Assembly: GCF_047971665.1 (NCBI RefSeq)
Contig: NZ_JBKEAA010000021.1
Coordinates: 24,213 to 88,212 of the forward strand
DNA from: Castellaniella sp.
GTDB taxonomy: Bacteria; Pseudomonadota; Gammaproteobacteria; Burkholderiales; Burkholderiaceae_B
Reading direction: 5' to 3'
DNA: 64,000 nucleotides
Shown here one piece after another: positions 10,259 through 19,854 of this stretch (its first letter is position 1; every line of letters starts with the position of its first letter). Position numbers and translations under genes: made by a program. The notes under the pieces are model-generated. The model worked only from the letters and a program-made list of their open reading frames with translations, ran no database searches and was not told the DNA's origin.

Positions 10259-10261
10259 GGA

Positions 10262-11302
10262 TCAGCGGGACAGGCGGCCCCAGATGCGGATACGGCTGAT
10301 GCCGCCATCGGGGAACATGTTCACGCGCACATGCGAGACCGGGCCGACGGCCTGGATGGCATCACCTTCGTAGAAGTGCTGCTTGTCCATCTCGGTCTTC
10401 TGCTCGCCCAGCAGCACGGGCCAGAACATGGCCTGGGTCACCAGGGACTGGTCGGTCGATTCGGCCACCAGAGCGCCCTGCACCGACACGCGGTCGGGGT
10501 AGTTGCCCTTGAAGTGCGCCGTGTCGATTTCAATCTTTTGCACCTCGACGGGGTGGCCCAGTTCGAGGATCAGCCAATCATTGCCGGGCTCACGGCGGCG
10601 GCGGGTTTCCCAGCCATCGCCCATGTTGACGCCCCGGCCCGCCTTGATGACACAGGTCGGCATGCCGAAATGGGCGTCGCTGTAGGCGACGACGCGCCCG
10701 CCGCTGGCCAGGGCCGAAACCTCGTGCAACGCGTCCGGATCGCGCCGATTCCAATCGCAGGCAGGCTGGCCGTAGACGCGCAGGCGGGCCACTCCGCCAT
10801 CCGGGAAGATATTCACGCGCAGGTGCGTCCAGACCCGGTCATCCCCGATCTCGACGAAATGGTGGGAATGGCCTTGCAGGGATTTGGCCGCGACAATCTC
10901 CATCCACGGGGTCTTCGCGTCGGGCTCGCCTTCGCAGCAGGCCGCCTGAACGGAGGCCGCAGGTGGAAAATTGCCGGTGAAATGACTGGTGTTGATGTCC
11001 AGCCCCCTGATCGTGCCCGGCAGGCCCAGCTTGACGATGGCATGGTCGTGGCCGCCATTGCGGCGGCGGCGGGTTTCCCAGCCATCCATCCATTTGCCGT
11101 GATCATCGAACTTGCCGACGATGAAGACCGGCTCGGCATCCTGCAGCATGCGCTGCGCTGCGGCGAAAAACTCGTCGGAACAGGACAGCACCTTGGCGCC
11201 CAGGCTTTCGCTGGCGAGGTTCGGATGGCGGATGGCGAAGTCGGGCAGATCGACGGCGGGGGCATCGATGACGGTCCCGACGGGCAGATTGGATGAGGCC
11301 AT
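10262..11302 (-). CDS. alc: Allantoicase
   Basis: Two DGWETRRRR repeats, TxHFxGN, PDGGxxRxR. Confidence 0.96.
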   Translation of the reverse strand: MASSNLPVGTVIDAPAVDLPDFAIRHPNLASESLGAKVLSCSDEFFAAAQRMLQDAEPVFIVGKFDDHGKWMDGWETRRRRNGGHDHAIVKLGLPGTIRGLDINTSHFTGNFPPAASVQAACCEGEPDAKTPWMEIVAAKSLQGHSHHFVEIGDDRVWTHLRVNIFPDGGVARLRVYGQPACDWNRRDPDALHEVSALASGGRVVAYSDAHFGMPTCVIKAGRGVNMGDGWETRRRREPGNDWLILELGHPVEVQKIEIDTAHFKGNYPDRVSVQGALVAESTDQSLVTQAMFWPVLLGEQKTEMDKQHFYEGDAIQAVGPVSHVRVNMFPDGGISRIRIWGRLSR

Positions 11303-11411
11303 GGAAATAAGCTCCGGATAGTCAGAGAAAGCCGCCGGGCCGAATCCTGGCGCCGGGCGGCGGGACCGGGCGTGAAGCCCGGTCGGGGGTTGGCAAGCCT
11401 CCCGCCTGGAA

Positions 11412-12341
11412 TCAGGCGGGCTGGCAGGGGTGCTCCTTGACCCAGTGACGGGCAATGTCGGCGCGGGTGGCGATCCAGACACGGTCATGTTTCTGGATAT
11501 GGTCCAGAAAGCGCTGCAAGCCGGCAAAACGTCCGGGCCGGCCAATCAGGCGGCAGTGCAGGCCGACCGACATCATCTTCGGCGTGGTCTCGCCTTCGGC
11601 GTAAAGCACATCGAAGGCATCGCGCAGATAGGTGAAGAAATGATCGGCGGTGTTGAAGCCCTGCGGCGAGGCAAAGCGCATGTCGTTCGTGTCCAGGGTA
11701 TAGGGCACGATGAGCTGGGGATGGGTCTTGCCGTTGCCCAGATCCACCTCGCTCCAGAACGGCAGGTCGTCGCCATAGTAGTCGGCGTCATACAGAAAAC
11801 AGCCTTCTTCGGCGACGATCCGCAAGGTGTTGGGGCTGTCGCGCCCGGTGTACCAGCCGTCGGGGTGGCGGCCCAGCAGCCGGGTGACGATCTCCACGCA
11901 GCGCTGAAAATGCTCGCGCTCGACTGCTTCGGACACGGACTGGTAGTGGATCCAGCGGTATCCATGGCAGGCAACCTCGTGGCCCAGTTCGACAAAAGCG
12001 CGCGCGACCTCGGGGTTGCGTTCCAGCGCCATGCCCACCCCGAACACCGTCAGCGGCAGACCGCGGCGCTCGAACTCGCGCAGAATGCGCCAGACTCCCG
12101 CGCGCGAGCCGTATTCGTAAATCGACTCCATCGACATGTGGCGCCCGGCGTAGGCCTCGGCGCCGATGATTTCGGACAGGAACTGTTCCGATCCCGCATC
12201 GCCGTGCAGGACGCAGTTCTCCCCGCCTTCTTCGTAGTTGATGACGAATTGCACCGCGACCCGGGCGCGGTCCGGCCAGTTGGCTTGCAGAGGGGTCCGG
12301 CCATAGCCGGCCATGTCCCGGGGATAGTGCTTGTCTGCCAT
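11412..12341 (-). CDS. puuE: Allantoinase PuuE (polysaccharide deacetylase fold)
   Basis: YPRDMx[42 protein letters not shown]. Confidence 0.96.
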   Translation of the reverse strand: MADKHYPRDMAGYGRTPLQANWPDRARVAVQFVINYEEGGENCVLHGDAGSEQFLSEIIGAEAYAGRHMSMESIYEYGSRAGVWRILREFERRGLPLTVFGVGMALERNPEVARAFVELGHEVACHGYRWIHYQSVSEAVEREHFQRCVEIVTRLLGRHPDGWYTGRDSPNTLRIVAEEGCFLYDADYYGDDLPFWSEVDLGNGKTHPQLIVPYTLDTNDMRFASPQGFNTADHFFTYLRDAFDVLYAEGETTPKMMSVGLHCRLIGRPGRFAGLQRFLDHIQKHDRVWIATRADIARHWVKEHPCQPA

Positions 12342-12367
12342 GAAAGAATCTCCAGATGAATGAGCGG

Positions 12368-13144
12368 TCAGCGCAATGAAGACATGCGCTGGCGCTGAAA
12401 TGTGGACCAGGGATCGGCGCCGGCGTCCGGCGCGACATCCATCCGTTCCTCGCAGTCCTCGAGGTGATGCTCCATGGCCTCGCGCGCGCTGCGGGCATCG
12501 CGCCGCGCGAGGCAGTCCAGGATGTCCTGATGCTCGTGATACGAGCAGGCGCTGCCTTCGGCGGTATCGCCCAGCGCGATGATCAGCGTGGTGCGCGCGC
12601 ACAGGCCGGCCAGCATGTCCGTCAGCACCTGGTTGTCCAGCAGGCGGGCGAGTTCGACATGGAACGCGTTGGACAGGCGCAGCCAGCTGATGCGGTCCCC
12701 CTGCTCGAAAGCCTGCTGTTCACGCTCGGCCATCGCGCGCAGCGGCGCCAGCCGGTCGGCCACGTCGTCCAGCGCCGTCAGCATGTCGATCACGATGCAT
12801 TCCAGCGCGCGGCGCATGGCGAACACATCGCGCACCTCCTTGGCGTCGGCCCGCCAGACATAGGCGCCGCGGTTGTGCTCGATGCCCACAAGCCTGTCGT
12901 GCGCCAGGCGCGCCAGCGCGGCGCGCACCGTCCCTCGCGAGCACTCGAAGGCCGCGCACAGCGCGGATTCGGTCAGCTTGGTTCCCGGCAACAAGCGCCG
13001 GTCCATGGCGGCGTCGAAGATTTCCCCATAGACGCGATCGACATCCGACGGCTCACCGGCCGGCTCGGCCTCGCGCAGGGTCGAGGCGCGCGGCGCCTTG
13101 GGGTTCCGCGCAGGGCGGGAGGACTTCAGTTGAAGCATGACCAT
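12368..13144 (-). CDS. GntR (FadR/FCD) family regulator of purine catabolism
   Basis: PGTKLTE..SRGTVRAAL wHTH plus FCD domain (FH..L, EH..I). Confidence 0.9.
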   Translation of the reverse strand: MVMLQLKSSRPARNPKAPRASTLREAEPAGEPSDVDRVYGEIFDAAMDRRLLPGTKLTESALCAAFECSRGTVRAALARLAHDRLVGIEHNRGAYVWRADAKEVRDVFAMRRALECIVIDMLTALDDVADRLAPLRAMAEREQQAFEQGDRISWLRLSNAFHVELARLLDNQVLTDMLAGLCARTTLIIALGDTAEGSACSYHEHQDILDCLARRDARSAREAMEHHLEDCEERMDVAPDAGADPWSTFQRQRMSSLR

Positions 13145-13160
13145 AGGTGAAAACGATAGG

Positions 13161-13233
13161 ATCGATTGACAACATGAATTGTTGACAATTATTGTTCACT
13201 AAGCCAAAATCGTCAACACAAATTGTTTACAAT
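13161..13233. promoter_or_regulatory. Divergent promoter with repeated ATTGTnnACAAT operators
   Basis: AATTGTTGACAATT (13177-13190), AATTGTTTACAAT (13221-13233) and weaker copies near 13161, 13191 and 13209; GntR-type palindromes. Confidence 0.75.
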
Positions 13234-13357
13234 AATTTGAACCCATCCTGTCCCGAAGTCAACCGGCCTGCTCCGGCACTTCGCGAATCGGCGAACCGCT
13301 CGCCGAGTCCGGCCATACCGGGGGCCGATTGGCAGGATACTGACCGGCGTGAATCCC

Positions 13358-13711
13358 ATGGGAAAACTCTCCACCCATGTCCTGGACACCGTCCACGGTG
13401 TACCAGCCCGGGGCGTCGCCCTCGAACTCTATCGTCTCGACGGCGATTCCCGCACGCTGCTCGCGCAGGCCGTCACCAACCAGGACGGTCGCTGTGACGC
13501 CCCCCTGCTCAGCGGCTCCGCGCTGACCCGGGGCGTCTACGAGTTGGTCTTCCATGCCGGCAATTACTTCACCCGCAAAGGCGTGTCGCTCCCCGAGCCC
13601 CGGTTCGTCGATCAGGTCGTGTTGCGCTTCGGCGTGGCCAACCCGGACGAGAACTACCACGTCCCCCTGGTCGTGACACCGTGGACCTGGTCCACCTATC
13701 GCGGCAGTTGA
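13358..13711 (+). CDS. uraH: 5-hydroxyisourate hydrolase
   Basis: LSTHVLDT, TNxDGR, YHVPL, C-terminal YRGS. Confidence 0.96.
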   Translation: MGKLSTHVLDTVHGVPARGVALELYRLDGDSRTLLAQAVTNQDGRCDAPLLSGSALTRGVYELVFHAGNYFTRKGVSLPEPRFVDQVVLRFGVANPDENYHVPLVVTPWTWSTYRGS

Positions 13712-13766
13712 GCCACGCGACCGGCCCGACACACGACACGACCGAAAAAATCACGAGGAGACTCTC

Positions 13767-15026
13767 ATGGAAGGATTTTTCCTTGAGTACGGCAATCTGC
13801 TGCTGCGCTGGCTGCACGTCATCGCCGGCATCGCCTGGATCGGCGAATCCATTTATTTCGTCATGCTCGACCTGAGCCTGCACACCCCCAAGGGCGAGCA
13901 CGCCAAGAAACTGGGCGTCTATGGCGAAATGTGGGCCGTGCATGGCGGCGGCTTCTATCACAACCAGAAATACCTCACCAATCCGGCCGAGCTGCCCGAC
14001 GACCTGCACTGGTCGTTCTGGAAGTCCTACACCACCTGGCTGTCGGGCTTTGCCCTGTTCATGCTGCTGTACCTCATGCGCGCCGATATTTACCTGGTCA
14101 ATCCCGCCAGCCCCTGGGAATGGGCGCGCAACATGAACGGCACCGAGGCCGGCATCCTGGCCGTGGCGTTCCTGGTGATCGGCTATAACGTCTACTCGCG
14201 GCTGTGCCGCATCATCAGCCCCTCCGTCGAGCACGACGGCCTGCTGAGCGTGGCCGTGGGCGTGATGATGGTGATCGTCGCCTGGCTGACTACGCAGATC
14301 TTCCCGGGCCGCGCCGCATTCCTGATCACCGGCGCGCTCATGGCGACCTGTATGTCGGCCAGCGTGTTCTTCTGGATCATTCCCGGCCAGCGCCGGATGG
14401 TCAAGGCCCTGAAGGCCGGCGAAAAGCCGAATCCGCTGGACGGCGCCCTGGGCAAGCAGCGCTCGGTGCACAACACCTACTTCACCCTGCCGGTGATCTT
14501 CCTGATGCTCAGCAACCACTATTCGTTCACCTACACGAACGAATACGCCTGGATCATCATGAGCCTGTTCATCTTCGCCGGCGCCGTGATCCGCCAATAC
14601 TTCGTGCTGCGCCACACCGGCAAGAACGACCTGCGCTATCCGCTGGCCGGCATCGCGATGCTGGCGATCATCGGCTGGATCGCCGCGCCGTCGCCCGCGC
14701 CAGCCACCCCTGCCCCGACACCTGTCGCGCAGGCCAGCCAGGCGGGCGGCGCAGCCCCGGCGGCAGCCTCCGCGCAGGCCGGGGTAACGCTGGAACAGGT
14801 CCACGGCATCATGACGGCCCGCTGCACGGAATGCCACTCGGCCAAGCCCACGCAGGCCGGCTTCGCTGCCGCGCCGGCCGGCATCATGCTCGACACCAAC
14901 GCGCAGACCTTGCAGCACGCCGAGCAGATCAAGCAGGTCGTCGCCAGCAAATACATGCCGCTGGCCAACCTGACGCAGATGACGGACGCGGAACGCGCCG
15001 TGATCGCCGCCTGGAACGGCAAGTAA
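13767..15026 (+). CDS. puuD: Membrane urate hydroxylase PuuD with C-terminal cytochrome c domain
   Basis: RWLHVIAGIAWIG, WAVHGGGFY, KQRSVHNTYFTLPV, CTECH heme motif. Confidence 0.93.
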   Translation: MEGFFLEYGNLLLRWLHVIAGIAWIGESIYFVMLDLSLHTPKGEHAKKLGVYGEMWAVHGGGFYHNQKYLTNPAELPDDLHWSFWKSYTTWLSGFALFMLLYLMRADIYLVNPASPWEWARNMNGTEAGILAVAFLVIGYNVYSRLCRIISPSVEHDGLLSVAVGVMMVIVAWLTTQIFPGRAAFLITGALMATCMSASVFFWIIPGQRRMVKALKAGEKPNPLDGALGKQRSVHNTYFTLPVIFLMLSNHYSFTYTNEYAWIIMSLFIFAGAVIRQYFVLRHTGKNDLRYPLAGIAMLAIIGWIAAPSPAPATPAPTPVAQASQAGGAAPAAASAQAGVTLEQVHGIMTARCTECHSAKPTQAGFAAAPAGIMLDTNAQTLQHAEQIKQVVASKYMPLANLTQMTDAERAVIAAWNGK

Positions 15027-15174
15027 GGTCGCGCGGGGCGGTCTTCCCGGAGCCGCCCCGCGTCCGTCTGCCCTCACGGACCGCGGGGCGGATGACCCGG
15101 CAGGACCCGCGCGACAGTAGAATGGGCGACATTGTCCCCAACCCCTCTGTCGCGCACATGGCGCACCCTGCCCG

Positions 15175-16659
15175 ATGCACAAAAGATTTCTTTTCCTGCT
15201 GGCCGCGCTGATCGGCCTTTTCTGCTCGCTGGGCGCCTACGCGCAATACTCGGTCGAATCGGTCCCCAACCCGAAAAGCCAGGGCGACGCCTATTACGTC
15301 AGTGACCCGGATCATCACCTGCGCAGCGACACGCGTGCCGAACTCAACACCATCAGCGCGGGCATCGAAGCGGCCAACGGCAGCGAATTCGCCATCGTCA
15401 TCGTCGACGACTATCAAGGCGGCAGCGACTTCCAGTTCGCGCTGGACCTGTTCAACCACTGGGGCATCGGCAAGCAAGGCAGCGAGAACGGCCTGCTGCT
15501 GTTCCTGTCCATGGACCGGCGGGAATACCGATTCATCAGCGGCTATGGTCTCGAAGGCATTTTCCCAGACATCCTGCTCAAGCAGATCGGCGAGAACTAC
15601 CTGGTCCCCTACCTGAAGGACAGCGACACCGACAAGGCGGTGCTGTCCACGGCCAAGGCCGTCGAAAGCGTCTTCCTCTCGCCCGAACACAAACTCGAAC
15701 TGAGCGATCTGCAGGCCTACCAGCCCACCTTCTGGAACCGGCATGCGCAGACCCTGGAGCGGACCGGCTATGTGCTGGCGCTGTTCGTGCTGGCATGCGG
15801 CTGGATCAGCCTGGCACGCAGGCGCATCCTGAAAAAACAGGGCATCAAGCCAAAGCGCTACAAGTACCATGCCTTCTGGTTCGCCCTGTTCGTCTTCCTG
15901 TTCTTCCTGTTCATCAGCGTGTTCCCGTTCGCCTTCATGGAAATCATCGAACGCGTCTACCAGCTCAAGAACCTGCCCTATTTCGGCGCCGTCTTCGGAA
16001 TGCTCCTGCTGGGTTACCACTATCGCGGCAGCAGCGAATTCCTCAAGGACAGCACCAGGGACAAGCAAACAGGACTGAGCATGCAGGCCGCGCTCACCCG
16101 CCTGAGCCTGCTCCCCCTGCTGCTTTCACCCTTCGCCTACGGGGCCTATCACGGCCTGAAGAAAAACAGCGGCCTGGCCCGCCTTCGGGCCACGCCACCC
16201 GCCGAGCCCGGACAATGGACCCGCTTGAATCGCGACACCCTCAAGCCAGCCGAACTGAAGCAATACCTGAGTGACTCACAACGGCGGGAAGAAAAACTCG
16301 ACGTCAAGTCCTACGAAATCTGGCGCGACACCCGCACCGGCGCCCTCCGGCTCAAGGATTTCCCTGGCCAGGATTTCGACGATTACACGGAATGTCCGCA
16401 ATGCCATGGCCAAACCCTGATGGAACCGAGCATCGAGGTGCGCGAGCGAGCCACCTACTCCCGGACAGGAAAGGGCGAGCGGATCCAGTCGTGCGCCTTT
16501 TGCAGCTATGAGATATCTCTAGGGATGGTGGTGCTGCCCAAGCGGACCAGGAGCTCCAGTTCCGGGAGTTCCGGCAGTAGCGGAGGCGGCGGGGGAGGCG
16601 GTGGCGGCAGTTTCGGCGGCGGCTCCAGCGGCGGCGGCGGCGCGGGCGGCCGCTGGTAG
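15175..16659 (+). CDS. TPM-domain membrane protein with Zn-ribbon and Gly-rich tail
   Basis: Signal peptide, LFNHWGIG..NGLLL..GYGLEG (TPM), several TM segments, CPQC/CAFC, FGGGSSGGGGAGGRW. Confidence 0.85.
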   Translation: MHKRFLFLLAALIGLFCSLGAYAQYSVESVPNPKSQGDAYYVSDPDHHLRSDTRAELNTISAGIEAANGSEFAIVIVDDYQGGSDFQFALDLFNHWGIGKQGSENGLLLFLSMDRREYRFISGYGLEGIFPDILLKQIGENYLVPYLKDSDTDKAVLSTAKAVESVFLSPEHKLELSDLQAYQPTFWNRHAQTLERTGYVLALFVLACGWISLARRRILKKQGIKPKRYKYHAFWFALFVFLFFLFISVFPFAFMEIIERVYQLKNLPYFGAVFGMLLLGYHYRGSSEFLKDSTRDKQTGLSMQAALTRLSLLPLLLSPFAYGAYHGLKKNSGLARLRATPPAEPGQWTRLNRDTLKPAELKQYLSDSQRREEKLDVKSYEIWRDTRTGALRLKDFPGQDFDDYTECPQCHGQTLMEPSIEVRERATYSRTGKGERIQSCAFCSYEISLGMVVLPKRTRSSSSGSSGSSGGGGGGGGGSFGGGSSGGGGAGGRW

Positions 16660-16685
16660 CGGCCGGGCCACGGCGCCCGCTGTGA

Positions 16686-17873
16686 TCAGTCCCCGATGGC
16701 CGCCATGGGCGCCGGATGCACCACGCCCGTCATCAGGCGGCGCGCACTGCGACTGGTGACGACCTTCGAGATCCGCCAGCCGCCATCGGTGCACCGCGCC
16801 TCAGCGCCCGCTGTCAGAATGCCGGAGGCATGCCCGATCCGGATGCGGTCATGCGCGCCCGGCTGCCGCAACCGCGCCACCAGACTCCCGGGAATGGCGG
16901 CCGCCGCCGCGATCGCGACCGCCCCGGTTCCGGTCATGGCGTGATGCAGCTTGCCCATCGACAGGATCCGGGCCAGCAGGTCGATCTCACCGGCCATGAC
17001 CCGCCGCCCGCCCGCCGCCGTGAAATCTGCGGGCGGCGCCAGAAAGGCCAGCTTCGGGGTGTGCGGCCGATCGCGCGTCGCCGTCCGGGCATCCGGCACC
17101 AGCCCCATGGCCACCGCGCCATGCGAACGGACGGTTTCGAGCCGGGCCAGCAGCCCGGCATCCGCATTGACATCGGCCTGAGTCTCGTCGCCGCGCAACC
17201 CCAGGCTGGCGGCGGCGACGAAGATCGACGGAATCCCCGCATCGATCAATGTCGCCTCGATCCGGCCCAGGCCCGGCACATTCAGCTCATCCAGCACGCG
17301 CCCGGTCGGCAACAGCGCATCGCCCACGCCGGGATCGATGAACTCGAGGCGGATCTCCGCCCCCGGAAAAGTGACCCCGTCCAGCATGAACGCGCCCTCC
17401 TCGACGACCCGACCGCGCGATACGGGCACCTGCGCGATGATCCGCTTGCCGATATTGGCCTGCCAGATCCGCACCACGGCCATGCCTTCGGCGGGCGCGT
17501 CCACCAGCCCCCGCGCCAGGGCAAAGGGCCCCACGGCGGCGGTCAGGTTGCCGCAATTGCCGCTCCAGTCGATCATTGGCGTGCCGATGGACACCGCCCC
17601 GTACAGGTAGTCGACATCGCAATCAGCGCGCGCGCTGCGCGACACCAGCACGACCTTGCTGGTGCTGGACGTGCCATTGCCCATGCCGTCGATCTGCTGG
17701 CCATAGGGATCGGGGCTGCCGATCACGCGCAACAGCAACTGGTCGCGCGCGGCGCCCGGCACACGCGCCGCCGGGGGCAGGTCGTCGCGCACGAAGAACA
17801 CCCCCTTGCTGGTGCCCCCGCGCATGTGGGTGGCCTGGATCGGGGCGCAGGCGTCAAAGGCATCGCTCATCAT
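16686..17873 (-). CDS. prpF: 2-methylaconitate cis-trans isomerase (PrpF family)
   Basis: MRGGTSKG, GSPDPYGxQIDG, GNCGNL, SMGKLHHAM, RSARRLM. Confidence 0.92.
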   Translation of the reverse strand: MMSDAFDACAPIQATHMRGGTSKGVFFVRDDLPPAARVPGAARDQLLLRVIGSPDPYGQQIDGMGNGTSSTSKVVLVSRSARADCDVDYLYGAVSIGTPMIDWSGNCGNLTAAVGPFALARGLVDAPAEGMAVVRIWQANIGKRIIAQVPVSRGRVVEEGAFMLDGVTFPGAEIRLEFIDPGVGDALLPTGRVLDELNVPGLGRIEATLIDAGIPSIFVAAASLGLRGDETQADVNADAGLLARLETVRSHGAVAMGLVPDARTATRDRPHTPKLAFLAPPADFTAAGGRRVMAGEIDLLARILSMGKLHHAMTGTGAVAIAAAAAIPGSLVARLRQPGAHDRIRIGHASGILTAGAEARCTDGGWRISKVVTSRSARRLMTGVVHPAPMAAIGD

Positions 17874-18124
17874 GGAACTCCATGGAATCTGGGCTGGAAC
17901 CGGGGGCCGGTCCGGCAGACCATTCTACTGCGCCCGGCGGCATGGTCATCTGGCAGCCTCGACGCCTCGGGGCCCGAGACCGGCGCGGCTTCGATCTGGT
18001 CACTGACATGAAAGCGCTGTCCGGATATGGCGCTGTTGTTGGAACAAATGGCAATCCCCCCCTTTCAGCGATTGCCAGAAGATGACCGTCATTGCTGGAT
18101 GACCATTTCATACGATCGCCCGAT

Positions 18125-19222
18125 TCACTGCTGCGGCACACACAGATACCCCACACTCAGGCCCTCCGGCGCCGTGAGCGATCCGCTCTCGGCCACCTGC
18201 ACCATGGCGTATCCGCTCGGACACGCGCACTTGCCAGTCGCCGGGTTGGCCGACGTCCCGCCCATGATGTTGTGGCAGCCTCGCCGGCTATTGATCATGT
18301 AGCCACCGCCGGCAGGACGCGCCACCAGCGACCAGAGCCCCCGCCGGCAGGCCAGCACACCAATGCCGACGCTGGCACGGCCCAAGGCGCCCTCGGGCGC
18401 GCATGCCTGACCGACGCCCCAGCTGCGTTCCAGCAGCAGACTGTCGCGCGCGGCCAGATGCATGCCGCTACGGACCACCCCCTGAACCGTGGCACTCCCC
18501 TGAAAATCCGGATCGCGGGCATCCCGAACCCGGAGATAGGCATCGGTCTGCCCGGCCCCGGTCTCTTCCCCTCGCCCCGAGCCCGTCCGGGCAACCAGCG
18601 CCACGGCACCTGGCCCCCACTCAACGGCGTCCGCCTCCGGTACCGGAATCTTCAGGCCGGCACCGCTCAGAAATCCAGGCTGATGCGGCCAAATCACCAA
18701 CCCCCTCCCTTTGGCCGCCTGCAGCCATTCGGCCACCAACGCTTCGTCCACCCCACCCGCAGGCGTGCGCAAGGCGGGCCGCGCATGCACCAGCGCCCAC
18801 ACGCGGCAGGAAGCCCCCGGGCATGGGCCTTCGCGCATGATGCGCAAGCCCAGCGTCCGGCGCAACGGCCCGCCGGGCTGCCAGCCTCCGGTCAGCAGTC
18901 CCTGTGACCGCAGCTCGCTCCAGCGCGGCGCCGTCCAGTCGGCAAAGCCCTGTCCGGCCAGCGCATCGACCTCCCCGGCCGTGGCCAGATCGGCGGCATG
19001 GCGCGTCAGAAAAGCCTCGGCCCCATCGCGGGCGACCTCCATCCACGCGGCCAGCGCTTGCGCCTGCAACCGCTGGGCGCGCTGTGTCCATGCATGGCTG
19101 GCCCAGACCGCCAGCACCAGGCTCAAAGCCGCAACGGCCATGAACTCCAGCAGCAGAGAGCCTTGCTGCCGCGCGCGCCAGCCTGCACGGTCCTTGCGTC
19201 TGCCGGTTCGATGCGCGGTCAT
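18125..19222 (-). CDS. PilV-like minor pilin/tip adhesin
   Basis: Class III signal QQG|SLLLE; Cys-rich C-terminus (NPATGKCACPSGY); last gene of the pil operon. Confidence 0.75.
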   Translation of the reverse strand: MTAHRTGRRKDRAGWRARQQGSLLLEFMAVAALSLVLAVWASHAWTQRAQRLQAQALAAWMEVARDGAEAFLTRHAADLATAGEVDALAGQGFADWTAPRWSELRSQGLLTGGWQPGGPLRRTLGLRIMREGPCPGASCRVWALVHARPALRTPAGGVDEALVAEWLQAAKGRGLVIWPHQPGFLSGAGLKIPVPEADAVEWGPGAVALVARTGSGRGEETGAGQTDAYLRVRDARDPDFQGSATVQGVVRSGMHLAARDSLLLERSWGVGQACAPEGALGRASVGIGVLACRRGLWSLVARPAGGGYMINSRRGCHNIMGGTSANPATGKCACPSGYAMVQVAESGSLTAPEGLSVGYLCVPQQ

Positions 19223-19234
19223 GGCACGGTCCGC

Positions 19235-19810
19235 TCAACTGACATGAAACTCGAACTGATTGACATCGCCCTTGGCGCACGCCGATTCCGCCGACAGCGC
19301 GTTATAGGTCGTGGCATCGTCCTTGACTGTGACCGCAGCGGCGCCATCGGCCTCCACGGTGATGCGGTCCGCCACTCGCTGCAGCACGGAGGCGATCGCC
19401 GGGCAGGCCACATGATTGACCTGGTTCAGACGCACCAGAAACGCCGCGCCCGCGTCCGCCGATTCGACTTCGACCGTCCCGCCACTGCCCAGCCCGTGCA
19501 GCACCGAACCGCCGGTCGCCACGGTCAGCACAGTGGAGTCCGCCACCATCGCCGCCAGATTGGCCGTGCCGATATTCTCATAGGGCGTATCCCCGGACGT
19601 TCCGGCGTTGACACGCATGTGCATCACGAAACGGGCCAGCTCCTGCCCGACCTTGGGCACCTTGTTTTCCATGACGTAACCGCCGATCGCGGGAATCCCG
19701 ATGACCGCGATCAGCAGCACGATGGCCGTGACGATCGAGACTTCGATCAGGGAGAACCCCGCCTGCCCGCAGCGGCGGCGCGCCAGGCGCGATTGTGTGA
19801 ATGCATGCAT
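19235..19810 (-). CDS. Major type IV prepilin (PilS-like)
   Basis: Basic leader, QAG|FSLIE, C-terminal Cys pair, AAGGAG RBS. Confidence 0.88.
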   Translation of the reverse strand: MHAFTQSRLARRRCGQAGFSLIEVSIVTAIVLLIAVIGIPAIGGYVMENKVPKVGQELARFVMHMRVNAGTSGDTPYENIGTANLAAMVADSTVLTVATGGSVLHGLGSGGTVEVESADAGAAFLVRLNQVNHVACPAIASVLQRVADRITVEADGAAAVTVKDDATTYNALSAESACAKGDVNQFEFHVS

Positions 19811-19854
19811 GAAAGCTCCTTTGCCGGTGACCCGGCCCATGAATGAACCGGCCC

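Noticed and set aside
16555..16655. Gly/Ser-rich GGC repeats
   Set aside because: Normal C-terminal tail of TPM-domain proteins
17880..18400. Shufflon (sfx repeats, Rci recombinase) at the pilV 3' end
   Set aside because: No recombinase gene or repeated inversion sites or alternative C-terminal cassettes seen
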